64,000 bases of DNA from a virus. Lineage: Duplodnaviria > Caudoviricetes. How positions within the stretch are numbered: the first letter of the stretch is position 1; each line of letters begins with the position of its first letter. The position numbers and the translations under genes are program-made. The notes under the pieces are model-generated. The model did not search any database and was not told where the DNA came from. It saw nothing but the letters and a program-made list of their open reading frames with translations. The stretch lies in the IMG/VR virus record IMGVR_UViG_3300042291_001013. One strand, given 5' to 3'. Below are positions 31,205-40,419 of this stretch, one piece after another.

Positions 31205-31732
31205 TCAATTGTTCCACCAGTTTTCCCAGGGAAACACTATCCACTCATCACGTTCACGTTTGTTGATCTGTTTGGCATGGTAGTTGACTCTGGTCATAGA
31301 GTTGCTGGCAGCGTTGTTGTATAAACAAGCAACTCGAACATTGTGACCCCAGATACTGTTCCAGTCTGGGTCATTTGGCATGCAACCACTGGGCCAATCC
31401 TCGCGGATCCAGTTTAGGGTTGCCCCACTGTCATTGATGTCATCTACAATTAAAATATTTTTTCTAAGCTCGGGCACACTCTTGCCATCTTGGTAGCCAA
31501 ATGCATCCTCGGCCATCCAAAGATTACTTTCACACTCGCCGCCATCACGCAGGCTAATTTTGAGTGTTTCCATTCTGCAATGTAGATAGTGCGCTATCAT
31601 AGTAGCGGGCACTAGGCCGCCTTTGGTTATCCCAACAATATAATCAGGATACCACTGATCCGAGTGCAGTTCCCTGCACAAGGTTTGTACCTGTTGTTCC
31701 ACGTCTTGCCATGTTAGATGCGTTTGTATCAT
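31205..31732 (-). CDS. Type I phosphoribosyltransferase (Gpt/xanthine-guanine PRT-like)
   Basis: IVGITKGGLVPA, ILIVDDINDSGAT PRPP loop, WIVFPWE. Confidence 0.88.
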   Translation of the reverse strand: MIQTHLTWQDVEQQVQTLCRELHSDQWYPDYIVGITKGGLVPATMIAHYLHCRMETLKISLRDGGECESNLWMAEDAFGYQDGKSVPELRKNILIVDDINDSGATLNWIREDWPSGCMPNDPDWNSIWGHNVRVACLYNNAASNSMTRVNYHAKQINKRERDEWIVFPWENWWNN

Positions 31733-33653
31733 TGCCCATTCTTTCTACAGTTGATTTACCAAAATTTCTTCGTCTAGCAAAGTAAAACAGTTCCAGGAAC
31801 TTGGGAAAGCTCATGGCCTTGTCCTCGGGAAAGTCCAGTTCGTATGTCACTTGATTTTTTTCCAAGGGACGATCAAATGTCAAGTACTCCCAGATGTTGT
31901 AGTCTAGCTCTAACTTCTGTGGATACTCAGCAACAGCATCATACGCAATCAAATACTTGCGCTGAAACTTCATGGCGCTTTCCAACAAGTCTTCAGGCAG
32001 GTCGTATCTCAACATAAACTGCCTTAGCCGGTCGAACATGTTATTATACTGCTTTTCTACATGCAAGTTCAAGATAGTTCGGTGAATTAAGTTCCATCCG
32101 TGTATCTCAATTCCGCCAATGTTGGGGTGGCGAATCTGTCCTTGCGTCATCCAATTGGAAAAATACTGGCGCACTTCAGTTTGTTCTTTGACAAACCAAG
32201 GATCCTTTTGCAAGTATTCAAACAGGTCTTCATAGAACTCACTGTAGTCAACTTCACAGTACTTGTTGACCAATCTGCTGAGCAAGGTGCTAACACCATT
32301 GATGTGGAATGTGTTGATGTACCAAGAGAAAATCTCAGCATCCAACATAGTTTCAAAAGGCAAGTCCTTGGTTGACGTAATAATGTCAATGCCTTCTTCA
32401 ATGTGTTCGTTTGAGTATGATCCTGAGAAATAGTCAGTCACACGTTGTGATCCAATTTTGAACAATTTTTTCTGGAGCAGATTCATCTCTGCATTTTCCA
32501 ACAACTGTGCTTGGAACACTGTAAGGCCTGTGTGGTTGCCCATGCGGAACAGTTTCCAAAAATTGTCTTTCCAACTTTGCAAACTTTCGCCAGGTAATCC
32601 TAGAATCAGTTCTGTATAAGTTGGAATGTTACGTTGTTCGCACAGCTCAAACACTTCTTCCAACTTGTTCATTTCCATGTTTTTTCTACGGATATTTTCC
32701 AAGACGTCAACATCAAGACTCTGTACTGATAACGTAAGACCTTGGTTGAATCCTGGAGCATCAAGAAGTTTCTTGACAATGTCCACAACTTCTTTCTTTT
32801 GGTTCTTTGCCCACGCCACACTGAAAGTTTTTGGGTAGCCGTACTTGCTTTGTATTTCAATAATCTTGTCTGCAATAAGGTTATCACGCTGGGGGAACAT
32901 ACCAAAGTTTGCATCAGTGATACTGATAAACCCACACCGGTGTGTTGCCATCCATTCCAGTTCATCATAAACTCTTTGTGCATCAAAGTGTTTGACTTTG
33001 TTGTAGGTCAAACTGCCCCAGTCACAGAATGTACATGCAAACGGACAACCACGATTGGTTTCCAATGTACCGTTCCATTCAACGTCGGGATTTTCAGCAA
33101 CAATCTTGTCAAACACGCCTGACAAGTAAGGGCTGGGAATGTCTTCCAGGGCTTCGATACGTTTGGCATCACCAGTGTTGACTGCTTCACCATCTCGATT
33201 GACCAGCAGGCCAGGAATTTCTTCCCAGTTCTTGTCTTCAAACGCTCGGATAACTTTGCGGAATGTGATTTCGCCTTCAAAGCAAATCACAAGATCCATG
33301 TAGGATTCTTTACGGAACAGATCTTTGTCGGTGACGGCAGGTTCGGGCCCACCAAATACAATCAAACAGTTGGGGTTGCGTTCCTTGACCAGTCGAGCCA
33401 AGGTATAGTTGTACTGATGGTTCCACACATAGGTACTAAATGCCACAACATCGTTTTGCGCAAGTTTTTCAGCCAAGGGCTCCACAGCGTCTCTGCGCCA
33501 TACTATATCAGTACACTCAAAGTTTTCTTTGACCCAGGGATCGGTTAGCGCATAACTCCAAATTACTCCTGCCGAATAGGGCAGATAATGAGCGTTGAGC
33601 TCTTTGGGGCCTTGTTGAAAGTTGGGTTGTACCCATGCAATTTTGTATGTCAT
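31644..33653 (-). CDS. B12-binding radical SAM protein
   Basis: FSTYVWN, VFGGPE, FEGE (B12 domain); ETNRGCPFACTFCDW; TAAATA at 33658-33663. Confidence 0.9.
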   Translation of the reverse strand: MTYKIAWVQPNFQQGPKELNAHYLPYSAGVIWSYALTDPWVKENFECTDIVWRRDAVEPLAEKLAQNDVVAFSTYVWNHQYNYTLARLVKERNPNCLIVFGGPEPAVTDKDLFRKESYMDLVICFEGEITFRKVIRAFEDKNWEEIPGLLVNRDGEAVNTGDAKRIEALEDIPSPYLSGVFDKIVAENPDVEWNGTLETNRGCPFACTFCDWGSLTYNKVKHFDAQRVYDELEWMATHRCGFISITDANFGMFPQRDNLIADKIIEIQSKYGYPKTFSVAWAKNQKKEVVDIVKKLLDAPGFNQGLTLSVQSLDVDVLENIRRKNMEMNKLEEVFELCEQRNIPTYTELILGLPGESLQSWKDNFWKLFRMGNHTGLTVFQAQLLENAEMNLLQKKLFKIGSQRVTDYFSGSYSNEHIEEGIDIITSTKDLPFETMLDAEIFSWYINTFHINGVSTLLSRLVNKYCEVDYSEFYEDLFEYLQKDPWFVKEQTEVRQYFSNWMTQGQIRHPNIGGIEIHGWNLIHRTILNLHVEKQYNNMFDRLRQFMLRYDLPEDLLESAMKFQRKYLIAYDAVAEYPQKLELDYNIWEYLTFDRPLEKNQVTYELDFPEDKAMSFPKFLELFYFARRRNFGKSTVERMGNDTNASNMARRGTTGTNLVQGTALGSVVS

Positions 33654-33660
33654 CAGCTAT

Positions 33661-34494
33661 TTACGCTTTTGTTTTGTGTGGGTTGGCAAACTGCACCATT
33701 TGGCTATTAACGTCGTTTTCGGCTAATCTTTGCCAGGGATCTTGTGTGCCTTTAAAAATGTTTTCAAAGAATTCTATGCTTATACCAACTGAACGCATGT
33801 ATGTGGCCAGTTTGGCACAGTCTCGGTGCCGCAAATCAATTTGTTGCACACTGTGGAAATCTCTAGGATCATCAGGCTTGCCTTCCAGCATGGGACGATT
33901 TTGAAAGATTTCGTCCCCGTTGTTGCCAGTAAGATCAAAGCGATCATGCAACACTTCAACGTTGATACGTTGATAGATGTCCAGCATGTAAGCGGTTTGA
34001 CTAACCCAACCATCCTGTGTGGGATGTGGGCTGATGTAACCAAGAATATCGTACCACTTGCGCGGTACAATAGGAAAGATGCTGTAAGGGTGCATGCGAT
34101 GAGTTTTGAAGCTCAACAGTTTGAACTGCCCTTCATAATTCATGATGGTAGTATCCCATCCTTTGCTTTCCATTACAGCATCATCATTCCAGATAACCAA
34201 CCAACGACTGCTACTACCCTTGGCCATGGCATTGTTGTACTTGTGCAGATTCACATAGCCCATGCGCTTGAAACGCATGGCTGTGTAGTTGACATCACGT
34301 GCGTCCATCCAAGGCTGAAGTTCATCCTTGAAATACTTGAATCCAACTTCGTCATCATCGTCAAACGCAAACATCAACTGAACACGACTGGGGTTGTCTG
34401 CCAGTTCAATCAAACTGCGAATACTGCGCCCAAGAATTTCTGTGCGACCACGTGTGGCCAACAGCATAGCAATATCGTATTTTGGTTCACTCAT
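33661..34494 (-). CDS. GT-A (family 2-like) glycosyltransferase
   Basis: LLATRGR, FDDDD, WNDD (DxD), QDGWV. Confidence 0.75.
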   Translation of the reverse strand: MSEPKYDIAMLLATRGRTEILGRSIRSLIELADNPSRVQLMFAFDDDDEVGFKYFKDELQPWMDARDVNYTAMRFKRMGYVNLHKYNNAMAKGSSSRWLVIWNDDAVMESKGWDTTIMNYEGQFKLLSFKTHRMHPYSIFPIVPRKWYDILGYISPHPTQDGWVSQTAYMLDIYQRINVEVLHDRFDLTGNNGDEIFQNRPMLEGKPDDPRDFHSVQQIDLRHRDCAKLATYMRSVGISIEFFENIFKGTQDPWQRLAENDVNSQMVQFANPHKTKA

Positions 34495-34505
34495 CTAAAA
34501 CTCCA

Positions 34506-35003
34506 TTATGCAAATAAATCTTCATTCCACTCACGGTGGCCTTCACGGAAAGCCATGTTAGCCTGCGTCTCACGTACTTCCACACGATAGCACCACAAAC
34601 GTTCTGCTTCGCCTGGCCCCCACAGTTCAGGAATGTAAACACCATTCACATACTTGTACAGCATGTCAGCAAGACCTTCGCAACCCAATCGAGGTAATAC
34701 TACCACTTTGGCCATGTTCCGCTCTTGAAGCAGTTTGTATGTAGCCATTTCTGGATCATCTTGTGCCACAATAAGTGTATGGTCAAACTGATCTTCCAAG
34801 GTCTTCTTGAGTTCTTTTAAACCACCATAGTCGGCAGCCCAGTTGCGCACATCTAGGTCATTGGTACCAAAGTAAAACTTCATACTGAATGAATATCCAT
34901 GGATCAAATTACAATGACTGTCTGCCCTCCACTGTCTATACGCACATGGAAATGCGTCGTGATACTCTTTGGTTGAGGTATATTTGTAAACTACTGGTTG
35001 CAT
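34506..35003 (-). CDS. queD: 6-carboxy-5,6,7,8-tetrahydropterin synthase
   Basis: HCNLIHGYS, DYGGLK, FDHT, GCEGLA, VEVRETQAN. Confidence 0.92.
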   Translation of the reverse strand: MQPVVYKYTSTKEYHDAFPCAYRQWRADSHCNLIHGYSFSMKFYFGTNDLDVRNWAADYGGLKELKKTLEDQFDHTLIVAQDDPEMATYKLLQERNMAKVVVLPRLGCEGLADMLYKYVNGVYIPELWGPGEAERLWCYRVEVRETQANMAFREGHREWNEDLFA

Positions 35004-35009
35004 GCTGTT

Positions 35010-35089
35010 TCTCCTATGTTAATTATAGCATAGGCTGGCAGAGTTTGTAAAGCGGGATGAAGCCAAAGACCGCTGTAAAGAACTATTTA
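35010..35089 (-). promoter_or_regulatory. queD leader: TAAATA, candidate pseudoknot, SD-sequestering hairpin
   Basis: AGCGG/CCGCT stem whose loop TTGGC can pair with GCCAG; CCTATG/CATAGG hairpin covers the AGGAG SD and encloses TATAAT. Confidence 0.4.
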
Positions 35090-35950
35090 CCCAAGTAATT
35101 GTGCAAGCAGTTGTTCTCTAGAGCCCAACAACGCACAATCTCTAGTTCCCCAATATTGCTTGCATTGGTCTCGAATTTTTTTAATATTTGGTTCAAACAC
35201 ATCTCGATGGTACATGTATTTTGGTCTATGCACTGTGCCGTAAATTTTGGCTTTGTTTTCTTGCATGGTTAGGGCAGTATCCCATTCTGATACAAAACTG
35301 GCCATGATCTCAGCGTTCCAATAATAAAATGCCCAGGGATGTTGGTTTGGCACCAAGGTCTCTACATAGAGGTCAGCTTCTTCCATAACAAAGCCATTGT
35401 AGTTGCCCAACACTGGTCTAAGATATTCCATCTGTTCGTGGTCAGGATAGTATTCAAGTTGAAAGCCAGACACTATGTGTCCACCTAGCTTCTGCACAGT
35501 ATCCAAGATTAAACCATGCGTCACTGTGCCATAACCAAGTCGCGGTTTAATAATCGAAGTATATTGTTTTTCTGTTTTACTGTTGGCATAGTTACCCACG
35601 TCAACCACAAGAGGTTTTATGTTGTTTTTCTTGCACCATTGTTGCGCCCACCACATTTCTAATTTTTGATCATTGTGGCGAGTTGCATCGTATGTTATCA
35701 AGATTGGGGTAAACGGAATACCCATGCGCAAAAACGTGTTGGCAACGTTTTCACTGTCACTGCCACCACTCATGGTAATGTATAAATTTTTATGTGTGCT
35801 ATATATTTCTTCGGCCACGCGGTCGCAAGCAGTGTTAAAGGGCAAGAGCTCTTTGGCCCGGCTGTTGATTTTGACTGCAATGTTTTCAGGACCTTGTCTA
35901 GTAGGTAGTCCGTCCCAGGATAAATCAATCCAGGAATCTTTACAGAGCAT
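35087..35950 (-). CDS. PP-loop protein, paralog 3
   Basis: YITMSGGSDSENV; no QueC Zn-binding Cys cluster. Confidence 0.65.
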   Translation of the reverse strand: MLCKDSWIDLSWDGLPTRQGPENIAVKINSRAKELLPFNTACDRVAEEIYSTHKNLYITMSGGSDSENVANTFLRMGIPFTPILITYDATRHNDQKLEMWWAQQWCKKNNIKPLVVDVGNYANSKTEKQYTSIIKPRLGYGTVTHGLILDTVQKLGGHIVSGFQLEYYPDHEQMEYLRPVLGNYNGFVMEEADLYVETLVPNQHPWAFYYWNAEIMASFVSEWDTALTMQENKAKIYGTVHRPKYMYHRDVFEPNIKKIRDQCKQYWGTRDCALLGSREQLLAQLLG

Positions 35951-36761
35951 TACGCATCCAATCTCTGTGATGTTGTTTTAATTCGTCAATGTTATCGGTA
36001 GCTGGTGCTAGAATATTTTTGGCCAACGCACGATCTTGTTCCCACGCTGTTTCCCAAACAATACTGTTGTTGCTCCAGTCCAGCATACTGTATCTGGTGT
36101 CACGATATTTGTACACCTGCACTCGGCTACCTTGTGGATCGGGCAGTGCTACTGTTACAAACAATGCACCTGGTTGCCACTCAATCATGGTACCTGGATA
36201 AACTGCCATCCAACAAGCCGACATATTGTATTTTAAGTCATCTTCGTGAAGGTATTGATTGTCTTGCACTGGTACAATTTGCAAACTGCCATTGCTGAAC
36301 AGGCTCCAGTGCAACTCTTCAACAGTGGTAATACCAATCTTGTCATACACACCCGGATGTGCTACTGGAATGTGCTCGATGTCCAAGAACACATCCATTA
36401 CAACGTTGGGTGCGGCTTGCACAATGTCTTCACGCTGTTGCATCAACTGCATGTGCTGGGTGTCAATGGGAAACACACAGTCAACATGCTGGTCAAACAA
36501 CATGGTTTGATTTGCATAACACGGCAAAGTTTCTAACTCAAGCTCATGATCAATACCTTTACCGGCTAATGAGTATTCAAGACCATGATAAGGACATTTT
36601 AAATGCTGTGTTGGCTCACAGGCAATGCGACTGTTTTGATGTGGGCAAACATTGCTGATCATGTAAAATTGATCAACATGAGCAAGACAGAGATTTTTAT
36701 TGTGTTGCTCTAACGGCTTTACAGTATGATTGGCAACATCTTGTTTGAGCGCAAGAAACAT
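35940..36761 (-). CDS. Rieske 2Fe-2S oxygenase-like protein
   Basis: CPHQ...CPYHG; DIEHIPVAHP mononuclear-iron motif; EQD. Confidence 0.88.
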   Translation of the reverse strand: MFLALKQDVANHTVKPLEQHNKNLCLAHVDQFYMISNVCPHQNSRIACEPTQHLKCPYHGLEYSLAGKGIDHELELETLPCYANQTMLFDQHVDCVFPIDTQHMQLMQQREDIVQAAPNVVMDVFLDIEHIPVAHPGVYDKIGITTVEELHWSLFSNGSLQIVPVQDNQYLHEDDLKYNMSACWMAVYPGTMIEWQPGALFVTVALPDPQGSRVQVYKYRDTRYSMLDWSNNSIVWETAWEQDRALAKNILAPATDNIDELKQHHRDWMRNAL

Positions 36762-36762
36762 A

Positions 36763-37164
36763 TTAGGGTTGTTGGTATCCAGGTTTGTGATAGTTGGCCT
36801 GACCAGCAACGACCCCACGAACGCCGCCTACGGGATCTGCACAATCGCCCGCACGTCTTGGAATAAGATGCACATGCGGGTACATCACTGTTTGTCCAGC
36901 CACTTCACCTATATTTACACCAACGTTGAAGCCTTGGCATTGTCCAGTTTCTACCAGTTTGCGTCCAATAAGCCAAGCATTGCCCATGGCTACTAAAATA
37001 TGTTCGTCGCTGTTTTCTCGTGGCACAAACAACAAGTGGCCCTGTGTGACTGGATAACGATCCTGATACACCATGATGTGTTCGTTACACAGTTCGTCAA
37101 CTGCAAAGTCCCAAGGCGCTACGCCATTGGCCTGTGCCATTTTTAAGTTAGCATATCTTATCAT
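36763..37164 (-). CDS. HIT-family nucleotide hydrolase
   Basis: YPVTQGHLLFVP, AGQTVMYPHVHLIPR. Confidence 0.92.
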   Translation of the reverse strand: MIRYANLKMAQANGVAPWDFAVDELCNEHIMVYQDRYPVTQGHLLFVPRENSDEHILVAMGNAWLIGRKLVETGQCQGFNVGVNIGEVAGQTVMYPHVHLIPRRAGDCADPVGGVRGVVAGQANYHKPGYQQP

Positions 37165-37838
37165 GAATTTCTCCGGTATATGGGTAAACAGTATTTAGAG
37201 TCATTAAAAACTGTGTGTTTAATTCTAAGTTCCATCCTGGTTTTGCCTTTGTAGATTTTGATATCCACAAGAGCAGGATCAGCTATGCTGGTCACCTGCA
37301 TGCTTTCACGATTGAATTTACAAGACTCTGCTAGATAACCAACAGGTGTGTCTTGCACTTGAAATCCAGCAATAGAACATTCCAGAGTGTCTTTGTTTCT
37401 AAATATCACCAACAAATAATAGTTTTTAATTGTCCGTGCCTTAGCGAGCCAGCCATCCACAAACATCTGCCACAGCGCCAGCTTGTCTTGTGTTCGAAAA
37501 TATTCAGCCACACGCTCAACCTGCAAGTATTGATACATGCTGGCTTCTGTGGTTGACCGTACACCCATCTGCACACTCTTGACATCAAATCCAATGTCTT
37601 CGCCGACCTGCACATCAATAATACTTTTGCCAGCACCACACCAAGTGGCACCGTCAATACTGTCAGCCACAGCATATTCCCAAAGCTCTTTGCCTAGGCT
37701 CAGTGGGCGACCTTGATCTAGATATTTTTTCAATGGCTGCAACACTGCATCCATTTCTTGTTGAAACCTAGCTACAAAGTCCTTGCCCAAGATCTGTTGT
37801 GTTTGTTCAACAGTCATTGGCACAAGACAGTAGGTCAT
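37161..37838 (-). CDS. Hypothetical protein, possible PD-(D/E)xK restriction-endonuclease fold
   Basis: ELWEY...IIDV-X9-FDVKS spacing. Confidence 0.45.
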   Translation of the reverse strand: MTYCLVPMTVEQTQQILGKDFVARFQQEMDAVLQPLKKYLDQGRPLSLGKELWEYAVADSIDGATWCGAGKSIIDVQVGEDIGFDVKSVQMGVRSTTEASMYQYLQVERVAEYFRTQDKLALWQMFVDGWLAKARTIKNYYLLVIFRNKDTLECSIAGFQVQDTPVGYLAESCKFNRESMQVTSIADPALVDIKIYKGKTRMELRIKHTVFNDSKYCLPIYRRNS

Positions 37839-38578
37839 CGTGGTGCAAAGTCCTGTTGTAGTTTGATATTGTCAAAGAATTCCTTCTTTACACTTTGGTC
37901 AGTTTTAAATAACCCACGGAGTACTGTTGTTTGGGTAAGACTACTGTGAGCCATAATACCACGATTCTCGCAACATCCATGGGTAGCCTGAATATAAACT
38001 GCCACATCCTTTGATCCGGTTGCAAATTCAATCTCACGAGCAATGTCCATACAGAGTTCTTCTTGTAGTGTTCCTCGTCTTGCGCACCACTGCGCGATCC
38101 GAGTGTACTTGGATAAACCAATGAGTTTGGGGCCAGCAATGATTCCAATATAAGCCACACCCGCAACAGGTTGGTGATGATGGCTACACATGCTCTTAAG
38201 CTCTGAACGCACCACAAGCATACCGTCGTATGCTCCGTCCGTATCGTTCGGGAAAGCCGTAGCATTAGGGCTCGTCTCATAACGGCCAGACATGATTTCG
38301 TTGAAGTACATTTTAGCAAGACGCCGGGCCGTGCCTTGTGAGTTTGGGTCATTTTCTCTGTCAATTAGTAGTGCGTCAAGTACACCTTCAAACGCTGTTG
38401 TGGCTTCATTGATTAGTTGCTCTTTCATTGACTCGTCAATGTACTCGCTAACGTTATCGCCAGCCCAGAATCTTTTTCCATCACGTTTGAACTTAAAGCG
38501 AAGGTGATCGCAAACTTTGCCTAGGCCGTAGCCACCGTCTCCAGCCATTGCGTCTAGTGCTGTTTCTTTATTTGTCAT
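37835..38578 (-). CDS. folE: GTP cyclohydrolase I
   Basis: TARRLAKMY, SMCSHHHQP, GLSKYTR, LQEE, HGCCENRG. Confidence 0.96.
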   Translation of the reverse strand: MTNKETALDAMAGDGGYGLGKVCDHLRFKFKRDGKRFWAGDNVSEYIDESMKEQLINEATTAFEGVLDALLIDRENDPNSQGTARRLAKMYFNEIMSGRYETSPNATAFPNDTDGAYDGMLVVRSELKSMCSHHHQPVAGVAYIGIIAGPKLIGLSKYTRIAQWCARRGTLQEELCMDIAREIEFATGSKDVAVYIQATHGCCENRGIMAHSSLTQTTVLRGLFKTDQSVKKEFFDNIKLQQDFAPR

Positions 38579-38579
38579 G

Positions 38580-39167
38580 TTAGTCCTTGATAGTGATTGT
38601 TCTTAAATCTGGATAGTTAACTTGTCGAGGTGACGGGCAGTGTTCTTTAAGTCCTTCCAGCATTGCAATACCTTGTATAGCTTCTTCTGGTGTGGGCTTG
38701 TAGTGATAGCCAACTCTAAATTCTTTTTGACTAATCCAGGGTTTGATATTTAGATCACGCCCATCATACCGCATACGAATAATTGCATCGTATGCTGCCT
38801 TGTCATCTAACAGTATAGCACCTCCACGGCCTATATGTAAAGGCTTGTCATGCCCAAAACTCAGGCATTGTATCTGTCCCAGTCGATACATATTCTTTTC
38901 TAGCCTACGAGCACTATCCCAGATACGTGTGCCATGAAGACGGTACTCGCCTGTCCATTCTTCCTCTTTGTAGTAATACTTGATTCCCAATTTGTGCATG
39001 GTCATAGCAATGCTCAAATATGTGTAAGGAGTCATCACAACTTCTTTCACCCGGTCATGCCGCAAACACAGCTCAATAGCATGTGTACAGCAATCGGTCA
39101 TGACGGCATAAGGGGCACCAGTAAACTCTGCCAGTGCGTCTTCAAACTGTTTGATTTTTTCGAACAT
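38580..39167 (-). CDS. Short DegT/DnrJ/EryC1/StrS-like PLP aminotransferase
   Basis: FEDALAEFTG, CTHAIEL, DSA, SFGHDKPL..GRGGA; only 195 aa. Confidence 0.78.
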   Translation of the reverse strand: MFEKIKQFEDALAEFTGAPYAVMTDCCTHAIELCLRHDRVKEVVMTPYTYLSIAMTMHKLGIKYYYKEEEWTGEYRLHGTRIWDSARRLEKNMYRLGQIQCLSFGHDKPLHIGRGGAILLDDKAAYDAIIRMRYDGRDLNIKPWISQKEFRVGYHYKPTPEEAIQGIAMLEGLKEHCPSPRQVNYPDLRTITIKD

Positions 39168-40101
39168 ACCAATTCCATGCGTGTTGTATCATGTCATCAA
39201 GCTCAAAGTTACGCCAATGAACCAGTTTGTTAAATTTGTCTGCACAGGCAGTGAGAACAGGGGGATCGCCTTCGCGACGAGCTTCTACACCAATGTAAGG
39301 CGTTTTGCCGATGATAGTTTTTGCCTGCTTCATTACTTGTATAACACTGAACCCCTGATTTGATCCAAGGTTATAGATGCCTGCAGGAACAGTTGGAGAC
39401 AATGCCAAAACGTGTGCTTGAGCAATATCTGCAACATGTACATAATCCCTGATGCAAGTACCATCAGCAGTAGGATAGTTATCACCATATACTCTAAATT
39501 GTCCATCGTCTCTTGTGGCTTCTAAAAACCGAGCAATCAAGTGTGTGGCACCCGGTTCTTGTCCGTGCCTACCTTTGGGGTCAGCACCACAGGCATTGAA
39601 GTAGCGAAAGCTAACATAGTTTAGATTATATGCTTGGCGATAAGACTCCAACATCATATCAATCATCAACTTGCTCTCACCATAGGGACTGATAGGCAAG
39701 CAAGGATCAACTTCGTTGCAGGCATCTAGCACAGGATTGCCATAAGTTGCGGCACTGGAACTAAAAATAACTTTGCAACGTGGCAAACTACGACGTACAA
39801 CGTCCAGCAGTCGCAACGTCTTGACCACATTGTTGTTGTAGTATTCTGCAGGATCCTGCATTGACGGCCCAACAAGGCTGGTGCCAGCACAGTGGATAAT
39901 AGCATTGGGTTGTTTGCTGATAATCCAACTTAATGCCGCATCGCTAGCAAAATCTTCACGCAAGAATCCATCACAAACATCTGCCAAGTGTCGTGGCGGT
40001 GACCTACGATCAATGCCGTACACCGAGTGCCCCGAATCTTTCAATAACAGAGCAGTTTGTCCACCAATGTATCCAGCCGAGCCGGTGACAATTACATTCA
40101 T
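39142..40101 (-). CDS. galE: UDP-glucose 4-epimerase-like extended SDR
   Basis: TGSAGYIG, SSSAATYG, YGESK, RYFNACGAD, DGTCIRDYVHV. Confidence 0.88.
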   Translation of the reverse strand: MNVIVTGSAGYIGGQTALLLKDSGHSVYGIDRRSPPRHLADVCDGFLREDFASDAALSWIISKQPNAIIHCAGTSLVGPSMQDPAEYYNNNVVKTLRLLDVVRRSLPRCKVIFSSSAATYGNPVLDACNEVDPCLPISPYGESKLMIDMMLESYRQAYNLNYVSFRYFNACGADPKGRHGQEPGATHLIARFLEATRDDGQFRVYGDNYPTADGTCIRDYVHVADIAQAHVLALSPTVPAGIYNLGSNQGFSVIQVMKQAKTIIGKTPYIGVEARREGDPPVLTACADKFNKLVHWRNFELDDMIQHAWNWYVRKNQTV

Positions 40102-40295
40102 CCTTGTTTCCTTTGTGGATAATAGTAGTGGCATTCATGACGATAAGGATACCAATCTCCTGCCATGCCACCCAAGTGTTGTAACGCACACCGAGCTCGA
40201 TCTTCTGTCTCATTCATTTTGGCAATCCAAGGCGTTGCTTTTTGAGCCACAATATACTGCTTGAGATAGCTAAAACTTTGTTCACGAGGCAACAT
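40098..40295 (-). CDS. Small hypothetical protein
   Basis: ORF coupled to the galE start. Confidence 0.4.
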   Translation of the reverse strand: MLPREQSFSYLKQYIVAQKATPWIAKMNETEDRARCALQHLGGMAGDWYPYRHECHYYYPQRKQG

Positions 40296-40419
40296 ATCTG
40301 CCTTGACTCCTACGCCACACAACATCAAATGTATTGGGATTTAACATGACTTCCCAACCTTGAGGAATGTGCTCAGGGAACAGACTTGTTTTGCCGTTGC
40401 TGTGTTTGTATAGTTTCAT
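40282..40419 (-). CDS. Small hypothetical protein (45 aa, MKLYKHSNGK...)
   Basis: ATGA overlap with the upstream stop; hand translation. Confidence 0.45.
   Translation of the reverse strand: MKLYKHSNGKTSLFPEHIPQGWEVMLNPNTFDVVWRRSQGRYVAS

Noticed and set aside
35087-35950. queC call for the PP-loop gene next to queD (also 13684-14868 and 16475-17701)
   Set aside because: SGGxDS is present, but the QueC C-terminal Zn-binding Cys motif and typical YGQ segment are absent.
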